A stretch of DNA of 64,000 nucleotides from Octopus vulgaris (GCA_951406725.2 OX597814.1:68758001-68822000), one strand, 5' to 3'; shown: positions 14,231 to 27,540, counted from the stretch's first letter. Made by a program: numbers and translations. Notes: a model not told the origin generated them from the letters alone.

Positions 14231-14366
14231 TTTGATAAACAACACTGTTATATGATGAATATAAATATGAATATAAACAGCTGTATTCTTATTAGCATTG
14301 TCATCAGCAATAGCCAACACAGTATGTGATAAGTGTAAACATTTTGTCTGTACGAAACACACGTGA
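14085..14366 (-). mobile_element. 5'-truncated Penelope-like element 3' end with hammerhead-like motif (14118-14317)
   Basis: Near-identical to 18858-19086, which lies directly downstream of a GIY-YIG ORF; terminus abuts a TA/TG microsatellite. Confidence 0.7.
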
Positions 14367-15164
14367 ACAGAGAAAGAGGGAACAGCTGTTTGTACATTTT
14401 AATTCTAGTTGCAATTATCATCGACAACTGTGTACTCCCCTTAACTATCCAGAAACATACTGCATATAAACCCATTGATATTAAAAATGTTAAAGTAACT
14501 TTAGTAGTTACTGTTGTAGACTCTAGACTTTAACCACATAAATTAGTTTAGTACCAACAAACTAAGAAAACAAGATCAGAAACAATCTCTCTTCAAAGTA
14601 TTTATCTTGAAATCATTTATAGCCTTAGTTATATTTGTGCTTTCTGTAGAAAATGGGGGTAGTTCACCAAATTTTGTAAATATTTCGATTACCTTATCTA
14701 ATAGTAGTATTGTCAAACGTAGCGTTTTCAGCAATCATGAGTTGAGAATAATGCCAAACGCTTTTCTATAACTATGCTATATTCTTTTTGCTATATTCTT
14801 CCTTCTTTCTAAAGACTTTTCCATCAGTCAGCACTGTTAACTCGCGCAATAATCATTGACAAGCAGTTTGAATACAACTTATACATTATAAGCAATGCTT
14901 GTGCTTTCATTTGTTTGTATAATGGCAAACAAATTTGATATACTGATTTTCCTTAGTTGTTCAAAATATACACGTTAGTGAATCACCTCTTTGACCTTTG
15001 ATTATAGCTTGTGTGTCTATGGTGTATGTATGCTGTTTCGTGTTGGTTGTATAAATCAATGATGCATTGTAACCAAAATACATTTCTTTTTTATTCCTCA
15101 TCTAAGACCAAACGTCTTTTCGTAGAGTTAAGGCTTTCTTTTATACCCGCGTATAGAGCTGGTA

Positions 15165-15525
15165 CGTTGTAACAAAATTTATGATCAACATTGAAACAAA
15201 GAATAGTAGCAATCAAAGAAAAGATATGACAATGGAACAAAACATTTCAATCAAAAAAGATTGTTTGAAGCAAATCAGAAGAAACTGTTTCAGGAACTGT
15301 ATGGGCAATTACACGTAGAAGAGGAAAGCAGGACATTCTGGAGAGTAATCTGGGACCAATCTGTAGAGCTTAATGATGAAGTGGAGTGGCTGCAAGAAAT
15401 CCAGATAGGTTAAAACAAAACTACAGAAATGAATAAAAAAGCAATTGAGAAAATTCCCAAATTCAAAGAACCCAGGACCAGATGGGGTCCACGGTTATTG
15501 GATGAAGAAGCTGAGATGTACATTA
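15165..15525 (+). mobile_element. R4/Dong-like RLE-clade LINE internal fragment
   Basis: ESRTFWRVIWDQSVELNDEVEWLQE and KKQLRKFPNSKNPGPDGVHGYWMKKL (pre-RT PGPDG motif). Confidence 0.7.
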
Positions 15526-15776
15526 TTTACATTATTAACATTATTTATATTTGACGGATATTTGTCCTCATCTTGTGTGTTGTTAACATAATGTACATCT
15601 CAGCTTCTTCATCCAATAACCGTGGACCCCATCTGGTCCTGGGTTCTTTCAATTTGGGAATTTTCCTCATCTCTTAAATATAGGATTGAAGCTGAGAAGG
15701 TTCCATGAAAGAATAGCACAGCAGCTGGATGAGTACTTGCAGGAAGGCGCAGTACCCAGCTGGATGTAAAAGGGGT

Positions 15777-15780
15777 AGAA

Positions 15781-15815
<35 letters not shown>

Positions 15816-15892
15816 AGAAGAAGAAGAAGAAAAAGAAGAAGAAGAAGAAGAAGAAGAAGAAGAAGAAGAAGAAGAAGAAGAAGAAGAAGAAG

Positions 15893-15923
<31 letters not shown>
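15777..15923. repeat. (GAA)n(CAA)n microsatellite
   Basis: Direct inspection. Confidence 0.95.
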
Positions 15924-16289
15924 CGCGGGACGTTTAACATGTGAGAGCATTAAAATACTGCACCGAAAGCTATCCCAAAAACTTTGGGAATAAAAACAAC
16001 AAATGAAGCTTAAAATAACTGACGAGGTGTTGAACTTTATTCGAATAATACTCATTAAAATTTATTTCTATTTTCCAAATGAAATTATGTGCGTATCATC
16101 TCCATCACTCGCACAACACATATAATCACGCTCGCCACTTTACGATCCTCAACATCAGACCATCTCCGTCGCCAACCACCATACACAAAGAAATTTTTTT
16201 TAATAAATTAATTAATACCTGGGAATTACGTACTTTAAACTTGTTACACAAAAAATATGAAAAAACTACACGTACAAAACCATTTAACA

Positions 16290-17425
16290 CCAGAAATGAA
16301 CGGACCGGTACCCTACGGAAATTATGACCATCAAAATAAAGGGCCGTACGCTATTCCGCATATCCAGCAAATAAAATTTTAAAAAACATAAATGGACACG
16401 TGATGAATATATTTCAAATCCCACACACTTATTTTGCACCAGTGCACAGAACGAAAACAACAATATATACATATAAAATCTGGAAGAAAAATAACCTAGA
16501 TAAATATTTAGACAGCAATGAACCCTAATAAACTAGCTAACATACGGAGTTATATTCTCAAAACAAAAAATATCAGAAATAGAACGCTTAAAAGGAAAAA
16601 TACGTCAGGAAAACGTAGAGAGTAACCACACAGCAATGCGAAATAATATCATCAGCACTGGAACTATAAAATATGAAGAAAGACCTAACATGTCCAACAA
16701 AAATGAAATAAACAGTGAAAGACAACCAAACCAGACCGCAGGAATGTATAATGAGGGACAAAATGCACCAAACCAAAACAGCACAGACAAAAGTATGAAC
16801 GGGAGGGAATACGAAACAAATCTAAAACCTGGAAACAGTGAAGGTAAAACTAACGATTACGATATTCTAAAAATTAGCATAATCAAAGATCTCGGTATGG
16901 GGCACAGATCTCAGTTTGGAGTACCGATTGTACCTCCCAAAAATTAAAATTGATAAAACAATATCAATAATAAATAGCATGAACCTGGCCGTCACAGAAC
17001 AAATAGCCATAGATACAAATGTCAATATGAGCAGGTTAATGATATAATAAAAGCAGCAGCCTCTGTGGCTACAAAAGAAGCTGGATATCCCCTAAATCAC
17101 ATCCAGACAAGAGTATCACCAACCAAACAAACCCTGTGGATAAATAATATCCAGAGAAAAATAGAAAATAAGAGAAAGGATCTATCAATTCCTAACGAAA
17201 CTAGTAGACAATCAAAACTACTAAGCAACAAAAAGAAATGAAAAATACTACGTAAATACAAAATTACCGAACAAGATATACTTGAGGTAAAAGAACAGCT
17301 AAAGCAAGATATCCTCACCAAAGCACAAAAAGGAACAACCTCAGGAAATATCTATCAAAACAACGAATACAGTACCTGAGCTACTCTGGACCCATATAAC
17401 AACTGAAGAGGTCACCCCAGCACTT
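16290..17425 (+). mobile_element. Decayed N-terminal ORF region of an R4/Dong-like LINE
   Basis: KWTRDEYIS.. start motif, PWINNIQRKIENKRKDLS, KEQLKQDILTKAQ; many stops; no catalytic motif. Confidence 0.5.
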
Positions 17426-17429
17426 CAAA

Positions 17430-17880
17430 AGCTAAGCAACCGAATATAGTTGCTTTTTCATTTTCTGTGACCTTTTCTGGCGTGTGCCTATACCATCTTT
17501 TTTTCTTTTGTTATTCCATAGTCTTGGCATAGCTTCCAGTGTATGTAGGTCCCAAGTCTATCGTGTCTGTGAATATATTCTGGGCAGCCAGAGACAATAT
17601 GATTTATTGTTTCTTCTCCATCACCACATATTCTGCAGTTTCTTTTCATTACTTGTTTTTGATCATTTCTGGTGGGAAGGCATTGATCTTGTGCTGCAGT
17701 TAAAAAACCTTCAATCTCTGCTTTGAGTCCTGAGGTTCTCAGTCATTGTTGGGATTTTGCGTTGTCTATTTCTTTTCTGTTTAGCTGAACCCAATATTTG
17801 CCATGTAGGGGCTTTTCTTGCCATCGTTTTATCATGATACGTTGCTGTTCGAGTTTTAGTCTGGATTTCAGTAGCAGCCG
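17430..17880 (-). mobile_element. R4/Dong-like LINE C-terminal fragment; related copy at 19568-20060
   Basis: Minus-strand pieces such as AAQDQCLPTRN and a RHD/RLE-upstream region; the two copies align (CCATCGTTTTATCATG, TTTGAGTCCTGAG.TTCTCA). Confidence 0.6.
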
Positions 17881-17892
17881 AAGGAGACGGCA

Positions 17893-17985
17893 AAGAAGAA
17901 GAAGAAGAAGAAGAAGAAGAAGAAGAAGAAGAAGAAGAAGAAGAAGAAGAAGAAGAAGAAGAAGAAGAAGAAAAAGAAAAAGAAG
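17893..17985. repeat. (GAA)n microsatellite
   Basis: Direct inspection. Confidence 0.95.
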
Positions 17986-18857
17986 AAAAATAGATAGAAA
18001 GAAAGAAAGCAGGAAAGAAAAAAGAAAAGAGAAAATCGGGAGTGGAATCTTCTTTAATGGTCAAGTGACCTAAATTTGACTTGTTATGGTTGTAGCAGTA
18101 GTGGTAGAAACTGTTCTAAATAAATTCATGGGTAGCGACTGTTTGCGTGGGTATAATTGGATGTATATATTATATATATCTGATTCTGAGGAAAGCAAAA
18201 GCTGGGTATGTATTCAAAAGCCGCCAGCAAAACGTCAACCATTTGATGACCTCAAACTTTATGGTAAAGATGAATCCCTAGTCAGCTCCCTCGTTGATAC
18301 GGTGTATACTTTCAGTACTGATATCAAAATGGAGTTCGGACTGAGAAAGTGTGGTGTGTTAGTCTTGAAGAGAGGCAAAATCAAATGTATGGGCATACTA
18401 TCGATACCTGCGGGGGAGGTTATGAAGCAGATAGGAGATAGCCCGTCTCTCCTATCTGCTTCATAACCTCCCCCGCAGGTATCGATAGTATGCCCATACA
18501 TTTGATTTTGCCTCTTTTCAAGACTAACACACCACACTTTCTCAGTCCGAACTCCATTTTGATATCAGCACTGAAAGTATACACCGTATCAACGACGGAG
18601 CTGACTAGGGATTCATCTTTACCATAAAGTTTGAGGTCATCAAATGGTTGACGTTTCATTACCAGATGAAAGGATGTAGCAAGGAAGTTGGGCGTGATTG
18701 ACCCTACTTAATCTCTGTTGTCATTCCAAAATGTTGGCATAGTTTCCAGCGTATATAGGTCCCAACTCTATCATGTATAATACATTATAGCAATGAAACA
18801 AAACTCTGTTCACATGCCAATAATTTAATAACAACATTTCTAGCTTTTGTGTATATA

Positions 18858-19350
18858 TACAAAAGCTAGAAATGTTGTTATTAAATTATTGGCATGTGAA
18901 CAGAGTTTTGTTTCATTGCTATAATGTATTATAGAATATATATATATAGGTTTGATAAACAACACTGTTATATGATGAATATAAATATGAATATAAACAG
19001 CTGTATTCTTATTAGCATTGTCATCAGCAATAGCCAACACAGTATGTGACAAGTGTAAACATTTTGTCTGTACGAAACACACGTGGGTATAAATGTTGTG
19101 ATAAAACATGATTCTTTGCTAATGCGCTGATTATAGGTTGCATTGCCCCTGAGGGGGAAATTCTAAAGCTGGGTTGTTCGTTAGTGGCGCAAATGTCGAT
19201 GCGTTCACTTAATGCTATTTTTCTGTATTCCCGTATTTTCATCTGGGCTCTATGTATGGTCATCCTCTGGCGTAGACTGTTTTTAGTTTGACCAATGTAT
19301 TGCTTTCGACACCCTGAGCAAGTTAACACATATATCAGATTTTCCGAAGT
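18858..19350 (-). mobile_element. 5'-truncated Penelope-like element: GIY-YIG endonuclease fragment + 3' end
   Basis: ENLIYVLTCSGCRKQYIGQTKNSLRQRMTIH (IY..CxxC..YIG, R...H) followed by a hammerhead-like motif and a terminus in (TA)n. Confidence 0.8.
18889..19037 (-). ncRNA. Hammerhead-like motif with ~105-nt stem II region
   Basis: Minus strand: TTGGCTATTG-CTGATGA-C-AATGCTA...TAGCAAT-GAAAC-AAAACTCT-GTT-CACATGCCAA. Core is intact; stems I and III are imperfect. Confidence 0.5.
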
Positions 19351-20269
19351 AATATCACGATTATTAACAATAAGATATGATATGGGTTGGCAAAATCGTT
19401 AACGCATCATACAGGATGCTTAGTAGCATATCTTCCAGCTTTTTCATGTCTTGAGTTCGCGACGGGAACTTTTATCTCCGGCTTAGTTGCTGTATTACTT
19501 CAGATATCATCTGAAGTCCAAGATAGGGCTGGAGAGGAGACACCTGTCACGTAGAGTATTCGGGAAAAGATGAAAGGATGTAGCAAGGAAGTTGGGCGTG
19601 ATTGACCCTACTTAATCTCTGTTGTCATTCCAAAATGTTGGCATAGTTTCCAGCGTATATAGGTCCCAACTCTATCATGTTTGTTGATATATTCTTTCTT
19701 AGCCAGGACAACATGATTTATTGTTTCTTCCTCATCACTATATATTCTGCAGTTACTTATTGTATTTTTTTATTGCGTATTTCTGGAAACTAGCGGGGAG
19801 GCTTTGATCTTGTACCGCAATTAAAAATCCTTCAGTCTCTGTTTTGAGTCCTGAGCTTCTCAACCATTGTTAGGATTTTACTTCGACTATTTCTTTTCTG
19901 TTTAGCTTATCCCAGTATTTGCCATGTTAGGGCTTTTTTGCCATCGTTTTATCATGCCATTTGGTTGTTCCAGTTTTAGCTTAGATTTCAGCTGTCCTAC
20001 AGCTTTTGTTTTGCACAGCTTCTAACGCTGGAGACGTACTACATTGTCAGCTGTTCATTACCAGTGAACTAAGGTAACACCTCTTATTTTTCGAGCACCT
20101 TCCAGAGTATTCGAGCGGTTCCAAGCAGGAGTGTTTTCTGCAAGTGCTCCACCCTTATTGCAGCCCCTATTTGTTTCACGAACTTCTCGAGATATTTGCT
20201 CACTATTCCCAGGGCTGTGATAATTATTGCTACTACTGCTACCTTTTTCATCGATCACAACTGCTTAAC

Positions 20270-21305
20270 TTTCCAAGCTGACATATCATATCTGTGAACT
20301 TTTATTTCTTCCTTATCGCATGCCTTGTTGTCACCTGGGCATGCTATATCTATGATCCAGCATAGTTTGTTTTCTTTCTCAATTAAGACTATGTCCGGAT
20401 TCCAATTCTCTATCTCATGGTCGCACTGAATCATAAAATCCCATAGGATTTTTGCATTTCTATTTTCGACGATACCTTCAGGTTTGTGGTCGTACCAATT
20501 TGTTGCTCTGTCAAGTCCATACTTGTTGCAGAGTGTCCAATGGACAAGCCTGGCTATATTGCCGTGGCATCTCTTATATTTCTTCTGGGCTAGTGGCGTA
20601 CATTGGCTGATAATATTCCATACGGTTTCACCGTTTTGTCCTCAGATTCTCCACTTATCACTTTCTGCTTGTTGTCTATTCTGTATTTTATGTAGTTTGT
20701 TCTTAGTGCTTGCTCTTAGACAGCACACATTTAATGTCGACTTAAGGATCAGTCTCAGTCTGCGCAAGTACTCCACCTTAAAGTTTTTTTTCATTTCTTT
20801 CTCCATCAATTTATCCATTTCCAAAATCCCCATGTACTTATAGCCCGTCTCTCCTATCTGCTTCATAACCTCCCCCGCAGGTATCGATAGTATGCCCATA
20901 CATTTGATTTTGCCTCTCTTCAAGACTAACACACCACACTTTCTCAGTCCCAACTCCATTTTGATATCAGCACTGAAAGTATACACCGTATCAACGAGGG
21001 AGCTGACTAGGGATTCATCTTTACCATAAAGTTTGAGGTCATCAAATGGTTGACGTTTTGCTGGCGGCTTTTGAATACATACCCAGCTTTTGCTTTCCTC
21101 AGAATCAGTGTTAGTGGTATCAAGTAGAGTGCAATGATCAATGGGGACAGACAATCACCTTGGAAGATGCCCCTCCTAATTTCTACTGTCCCTAAACTTC
21201 TTCCGTATGCTGTCAGGTCCGTCCTCCAATTCGCCACACATTTTCCAAGCAATCGCTCAATATTCGATGCAATACGAAATAGGTTCATACACTCCATAAT
21301 CCAAT
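20270..21305 (-). mobile_element. R4/Dong-like LINE RT-to-RLE region, 5'-truncated at a (TAA)n tract
   Basis: RRGIFQGDCLSPL, NHL..DDLKLYGK, MELGLRKC, YKYMGILE, CRICEDKTVKPYG/RHGNIARLVHW-like region, ILWDFMIQCDHEIENWNPDIVL..IIDIACPGD. Confidence 0.85.
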
Positions 21306-21307
21306 TA

Positions 21308-21359
<52 letters not shown>

Positions 21360-21361
21360 CA

Positions 21362-21426
<65 letters not shown>

Positions 21427-21479
21427 TTTATCATCATCATCATCATCATTATACACTCAACAGATTAGACTTTTGGAAA

Positions 21480-24230
21480 AGAATCCTAACATCAGACTAC
21501 CACAAGTAGCCTTAGCTTCCAAGAACTCCGCTAAGTATCCTAACTGTCTCTAATAACACTGTTTCCTGAAGCTGTGCTAGACTGGGCTTCATGCCTACTT
21601 CCTCTATCCATCTGTTCAGATCTTTGGGGATTGTTCCCAATGCACCTCTAATTATTGGGACACATTTTATCCACACTTTCCATAGTTTCTGTAAATCAAT
21701 AGCTAGGTCCTGGTACCTTGCTTTTCTTTCTATACTTCTCATATTAATTGCTTCATCATTTGGAACTGTGAAGTTAATTATCTCGCACTTTCTATTCTCT
21801 TTATCTAGTTTCTATTACTCTGTGAGCCTAAAAGTTAAGGTCCCACAACAATATCTTGTATTTTTCACTTTCAAGTACTTCAAGTACTAGTTTAATGTTC
21901 ATGCCATTTATCAGTATGTTCAAATCCTAGCTTTCTACAAAGCTCCCAGTGGATCGTTCTCCCTAGATTGTCATGTCTTTTCTTGTGTTCTTTCTGTGCC
22001 AGCATGCTACATTCACTTACTATATGAATAACGCTTTCCTATGTTGATTTGTATAATCTTCATTGGGAATCTACTTGGACTTTGTCCATTTTGGCTTTTA
22101 TCCAATTAGGTGTTAATGCTTGATCTTGTGCAGCTACTAACATACTTTCTGTCTCCCTCTTCAGCTTTCCTTTCTGTAGCCATAACAATGTCTCACTACT
22201 ACTACTACTATTTGCCGAAACTATCATGGGAATCTACCATGCAACGCCTTCTCCTCCCAGTCAGATAATTTCTGTTCTTTTTTTCTGGTTTTTAAGTTCG
22301 TCTGGTGTTTTGGTTTCCCTATGTCTTACTGTGACTCTAGCAGCTTTTAATGAACATTCTTCACTATTATCTGCATAGAAGTCTATATCTACTCTAGCTA
22401 ATTCCACACAGTCTTCCACTGATATTAACACTCATCCACCTTTCTTTCTAAGTAAGTATAATTTTGCTACTCCTGCCCTTGGGTGGAGTCCTTCATTCAT
22501 ACTGAATTCCTTCTTAGTTCTTCTGTCTAGTTTTGTTAAGTCAGTTCTTGTCTAATCTACAAAAGCTGCTGAGTATCTAAGGAATGGACCATTTAGCTTT
22601 GATTCATTAGCTTCTCCACCCTTCTAATGTACTCCTCTATTTTAGTTTTCATTTCTGTAGTTAGTATTCTGTCAGATTATAATAGTCATATATACTTATA
22701 ACTCTCTTCTCCTTTCAATGATTTAAAGTCTGGCCATCTGATAATTGGATGCCTCCACAGTTGACTACCTGTCCTCCTTATCATGACTAATATTGCACAC
22801 TTACCTATGCCAAATTCCCTACCTATATCTTTGCTGAAGAGTCTTACAATCTGTATTAAAAATCTATATCTTTTTAATTCTTACTAAAAAGCTTCAGATC
22901 ATCCATGTAGACCAAATGGTTAATTTTTCCATTACTATTACTGAACCGATACCCTACCTTTGCCTTCCTTAGTACTAAACCAAGGGGGATCAAACATAAG
23001 ACAAATATTAAAGGGAACAAGTTACCCTGGAAAATTTCTCCCTAAGTGATTGTCACCTGAGTATAGATCTATTTTCCATTTCTTCATGCTAAAGCTAATT
23101 GATTTTCTTATATTGTCTGCTATTCTGAATATACTCAAACATCCACTTATCTATGAGTGAGAGATCGTATTATAGGCTTTCCTATAATCTATCCATGCTA
23201 CTGTTAGATTTTTCTTTCTAGATTTTACTTTATTTAGAACTGTTTTGTCTATATATAATAGATGATACGTTCCTCTAGCCTTCTTCCTTTCTGTTCTGAT
23301 AGTAACTTTTGGTTGTCAAGGTGTTCGTAAACGCTTTCTGAAAGCAATCCTGTTAACAGCTTCCACACTAATGGTAAGCAAGTGATTGGTCTATGGTTGC
23401 TAGTTATATTACCCTTGGTCTTATCCTTCATAATAAGTATTGTTCTCCCTCTAGTCATCAAATCAGGTATTATTCCTCCATTAAGGCTATATTGAAGTTG
23501 TTGCTTCGGCCTCCCATTTAACCTACTGAATTTGTTTAGCCAGTACCTTTGAATTAAATCTGGTCCTGGGCATTTTTCCTAGCACTTTACTCATTAATGC
23601 ATTAGTTAATCTTAGATCTGACTGCTCCCACTCACTACTTCTCTCACTTTCTTTAATCATACTAAATATCTATTATGATTGAGTCGTTTATCCCAAATAT
23701 TACTCCAGAGCTTTCTAACTTCCTCTGCATTAGGTTGCTAATTTTCAGTGCTTCGTTCTCCACTATTTATTTGGTTATAAAACCTTCTCTTGTCTGTCTC
23801 AAATAATCTATTCTGTTCATACTGATCTTTTCTGATGTCTGGAGAGCTTGCCTGCTACTGCTATGATACGTTGTTTCAACTCTTCTATTACTGTCCCAAA
23901 TCCCTTCTCTTTGACTAAGCATCTTTCTTCGAGGCAAGATTAGCATCTTGTGTTTCCTAACTTGCTTGTTTTCTAGGATTCTAATCTATTCAGATCTTGT
24001 CTTAAAGTTTCCACTTTATTTTGTAGTCTCCTTTTCCACATTTGCTCTTTTTTAATCTTTCCCTGTGAGATAGCTAATCTTCTGCTGAGTACTACCCCTC
24101 CTGCATAGATCAGTAAGGTAGTGTCTTCTATATTTTTAGTATCTATCTTACTGACAACAGAATCTACTTTCCATGTCATTTCTTGTAGCTTCCTTTTGTT
24201 GATGTCTTTTAAATATTCTTCATACGGAAT
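21480..24230 (-). mobile_element. Second, older R4/Dong-like LINE, heavily decayed
   Basis: WKRRLQNKVETLRQDLNRL, PGPDLIQRYWLNK, NHRPITCLPLVWKLLTG, MDDLKLF, AAQDQALTPN, EKARYQDLAIDLQKLW..VPIIRGALGTIPK. Confidence 0.85.
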
Positions 24231-24371
24231 AATTTGCATACAAGGTGGTTAGGAAGGTGTGGAATAGAAGCAACTGCAATGAATAATAAAATTGTACTAT
24301 ATTTGTTCTTTGCCTTCTGATGTGTGTGTGTGTGTGCGTGTGTTTGTGTGTGTGGAGGGATGGTTGGATGA

Positions 24372-24460
<89 letters not shown>
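24372..24460. repeat. (GATA)n microsatellite
   Basis: Direct inspection. Confidence 0.95.
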
Positions 24461-24715
24461 AATTAGTACAGCTTAGTTGGAATATCCTACCACACCCAAG
24501 GTATTCACCTGATCTTGTTGCACTTTCGGATTACGATATATTTCGATCCCCCACAAAACTCTGTTAATGGGAAGAACTTCAACCCTTTGGAAAACTGTAA
24601 AAATCACTTACATCAGTTCATGACCCCAAAAATGTCAAGTTCTGAAATGATGACATCATTAAACTGCCTCAAAGAGGGCAAAAGATAATTTAACAAAATG
24701 GAATGTATGTAATCT
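24461..24715 (+). pseudogene. mariner transposase C-terminal relic
   Basis: LVQLSWNILPHPRYSPDLVALSDYDIFRS matches the mariner HPPYSPDLAPSDY motif; downstream IIKLPQRGQKII. Confidence 0.8.
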
Positions 24716-25237
24716 AAACATTGTTTTTGAATTTTACTTAACGTCCTGAACCCTGCGCGCGCGTGTGTGTGTGTGTGTGTTGTTTGTGTATAAAGATAGC
24801 TTTTCTTATTGCATATAACATCTATTCAAGGATGTGATTTGCGAATACTAGCTACTATTAAGTAGGTTAAGTAGCAACAGAATTGCTGTATGAATTTACC
24901 AAACACTCGTTTGCAAGATAGTAAAGTGTGTTATGTTATAAGAGGCACTACATTTGTTCTATTAAATTATTATCTGTTCTATTATTTTCATTGATATACA
25001 AACTCAATAAAAATCTAAAACATGTAACAAAAATGTTTTAATAGCATAAAAGCAAAACAAACCTATTATTTTTTTTCTATTTTAAATTCGTTTTTCTATC
25101 GATTAGTTAGCGAATTTCGCTTGGTATTCTTCAGCAAAGTATTATCATTTTATTGACTAAATATTTACAAAAAACATAACGCTGTTTGTTCATAGACGAA
25201 ATATCTGTTGGTCGACCGTTTAGCTGATACTCTGGAG

Positions 25238-27435
25238 CAGTGGTTCTCAACCTTTTTACGGACATCGCCCCCTAAAAGCTGTTTTTGACGTAATCGCCAA
25301 CCAAAAAAATGATAACAAATATTAAATATAATGTAGTTACGACTAATCGACACTAAAAAAAATTTGTACATGCAAACGCAAAAGAAAAACGAATTAAAAT
25401 AAAACTATTCTAAAAGGTCTAACTTGTGTAGAAATGGTCTAACAGTGTGAGCCCTGAGATTGATGATGTTCCTTTAAAAATTCAATTCAGGCTTAAAGCA
25501 ACTCAAATTGATACGAATATCGCCACGTGAAATAATGTCAAATCTGTTTCTTTCCTTCCGCAAAATTTGATTGTCGAAATCCAGTTTCGACAAGATATGA
25601 TGTCGGGAAATACAAAAGGATTTTCGATATTTGTGACCATAAATTTGGATATAGTGATTTTACAGTGTCTGATTGCCAACATTCAGACAATCTTTCATTT
25701 TTGAACTTAATTTGAAATTCATCATTACATTTCATCTCAATGACTTCCTCCGGGATATTTTGGTGTGCACTGTGAGGATCGCAATAAATACCAATGTTAT
25801 TTTCACATAAGTCGATTTCCGCTAGTTCGGGCATATTATGAAACTGTCTTAGTTTTAAATTAACTTGAAAAAGATTCAATTTTTCAACAAAAGCTCTCAT
25901 CTCTTGTTTGCAGTCTATCAGCGTTATCATTTTTCCCTGCAGTAGAAGAGAGACCTTGTTCGGCTTATGGAAAAATCCAACTAAGAAAGCGTATGATCTT
26001 CTTTTGAGCTTGAATTTCGGCCTGAGTGTCCTTCTGTTCGTAAGGATACAAGTATTGTATTAAATAAGTTTACAAATCATTCCAAGCAGTTGCCTCTGGA
26101 TAGCAAACGGTCATCAGTATGCAAAAGAAATCTTATATATTTTTCGTCAGCATTGACACAAAATTTTTGAAAAAGACGGTCATATTTAATGTTGAATTAA
26201 ATTTTGTCTATTGTTCTTATAACAATATTCAATAATTGGTTTAGAATAGGGCTTATATTTTTGGCTACGAGGTTATGTCTGTGTAGCACACAGTGTATAA
26301 CTAGAATTTGGGATCACAATTTCTTTTTAAATAAGAGATAAATCCTTTGTGTCTCCCAACCATACACATTGCACCATCAGTAGCACATGAAACTAAATTT
26401 TCATAGTATGGAATTTCTTTTCCTTCAAAAAACGTTTTCACTGCAGAAAATATAGAAGCGCTCGTTGTGTCAGTTTCCAACGGTTTTACAAACAAAAAAC
26501 CTTCTTGTAATGCACAGTTTCTATCAAAGTATCATACATATCCCATTAAAAGTCTTACTGTCAATAATTATCCTTTCATCAATTTGAATAGAAAAATTCG
26601 TTGTTTTCAATCTTTGCATTCGTACGTCTTCGATATGATCTGACCTACGGATAGAATTATTATTCAAAGGTAGACCTTTAATGATAGATGAAGGATTTAT
26701 GATTTATAACTTCTGATATTACTACTTATACTTTTCACCAAATGTATGTGCACTACCTGTCTTTGCAATAATTTCTGCAATTTTGTAGGAAGCCAGCAGC
26801 CTGCCGTCATTAATTCCTGTCTCTTTCTTAAATAATGATTTAACAGTAATCCGATTTTCTAAATCAGTTTCCAATCCCTCAAAATATTTGATAGGCTTAC
26901 CAATTTTTTCGGATGTTTTCTTCTCATATGGTCAGGGAGTCGAGAGGGCTTCGCGGCTTCATTGTACAAAGATTGATGGGGTCTGTAGAGTTTTTGATAA
27001 AACCATATTGTAAGTACTCATCAATATACTGTCGACACTTCTTTTTCGCTATAAAAAGTGAGTGAGAACGATAGTAAATTAGTAAATACTAAACTGTCTT
27101 TAATATCTGCGTCCGACGGTTAAGAGAGAGAACGTCAAATTCAGGCGAGCGCCGTGTATTCAATGAATCATGCAACCCGGTGGCTAGTGTCATAGTAACA
27201 AAGGTAAGAAATTCAGTGATAAACTAAATCCTGGAAGATAACTCATAGTCACTGTATTGGAATTAAGAAAAAGAGTTGGTTTTACGGCTTGACCGCAGTT
27301 ATTGAGAAGAGCATTTGTTGTCATGATGCACTGGATGCGTGATTGCATGCTGTGAATACAGTCGCCGATCGAAGGCTGCATTCATCGCCCCCACCTCCAC
27401 CAAATTTGATTTTCACCCCCGGTTGAGAACCACTG
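25238..27435 (-). mobile_element. Full-length decayed hAT (Buster/Charlie-type) transposon
   Basis: Perfect 15-bp TIRs CAGTGGTTCTCAACC / GGTTGAGAACCACTG; TSD CTCTGGAG / CTCTCGAG (7/8); transposase remnants ATDGAMCMVGRHKGF, HCVLHRHNLVAK, LLYFPTSYLVETGF. Confidence 0.92.
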
Positions 27436-27540
27436 CTCTCGAGAAACCTGGTTGAATTCCGGGTCCTGGCATATTCGTGTTCTTTTTTGTTTTTCAACTT
27501 TTTAATCGAACACTTAGTAGTTTAACTTTGGGAATTCGAT

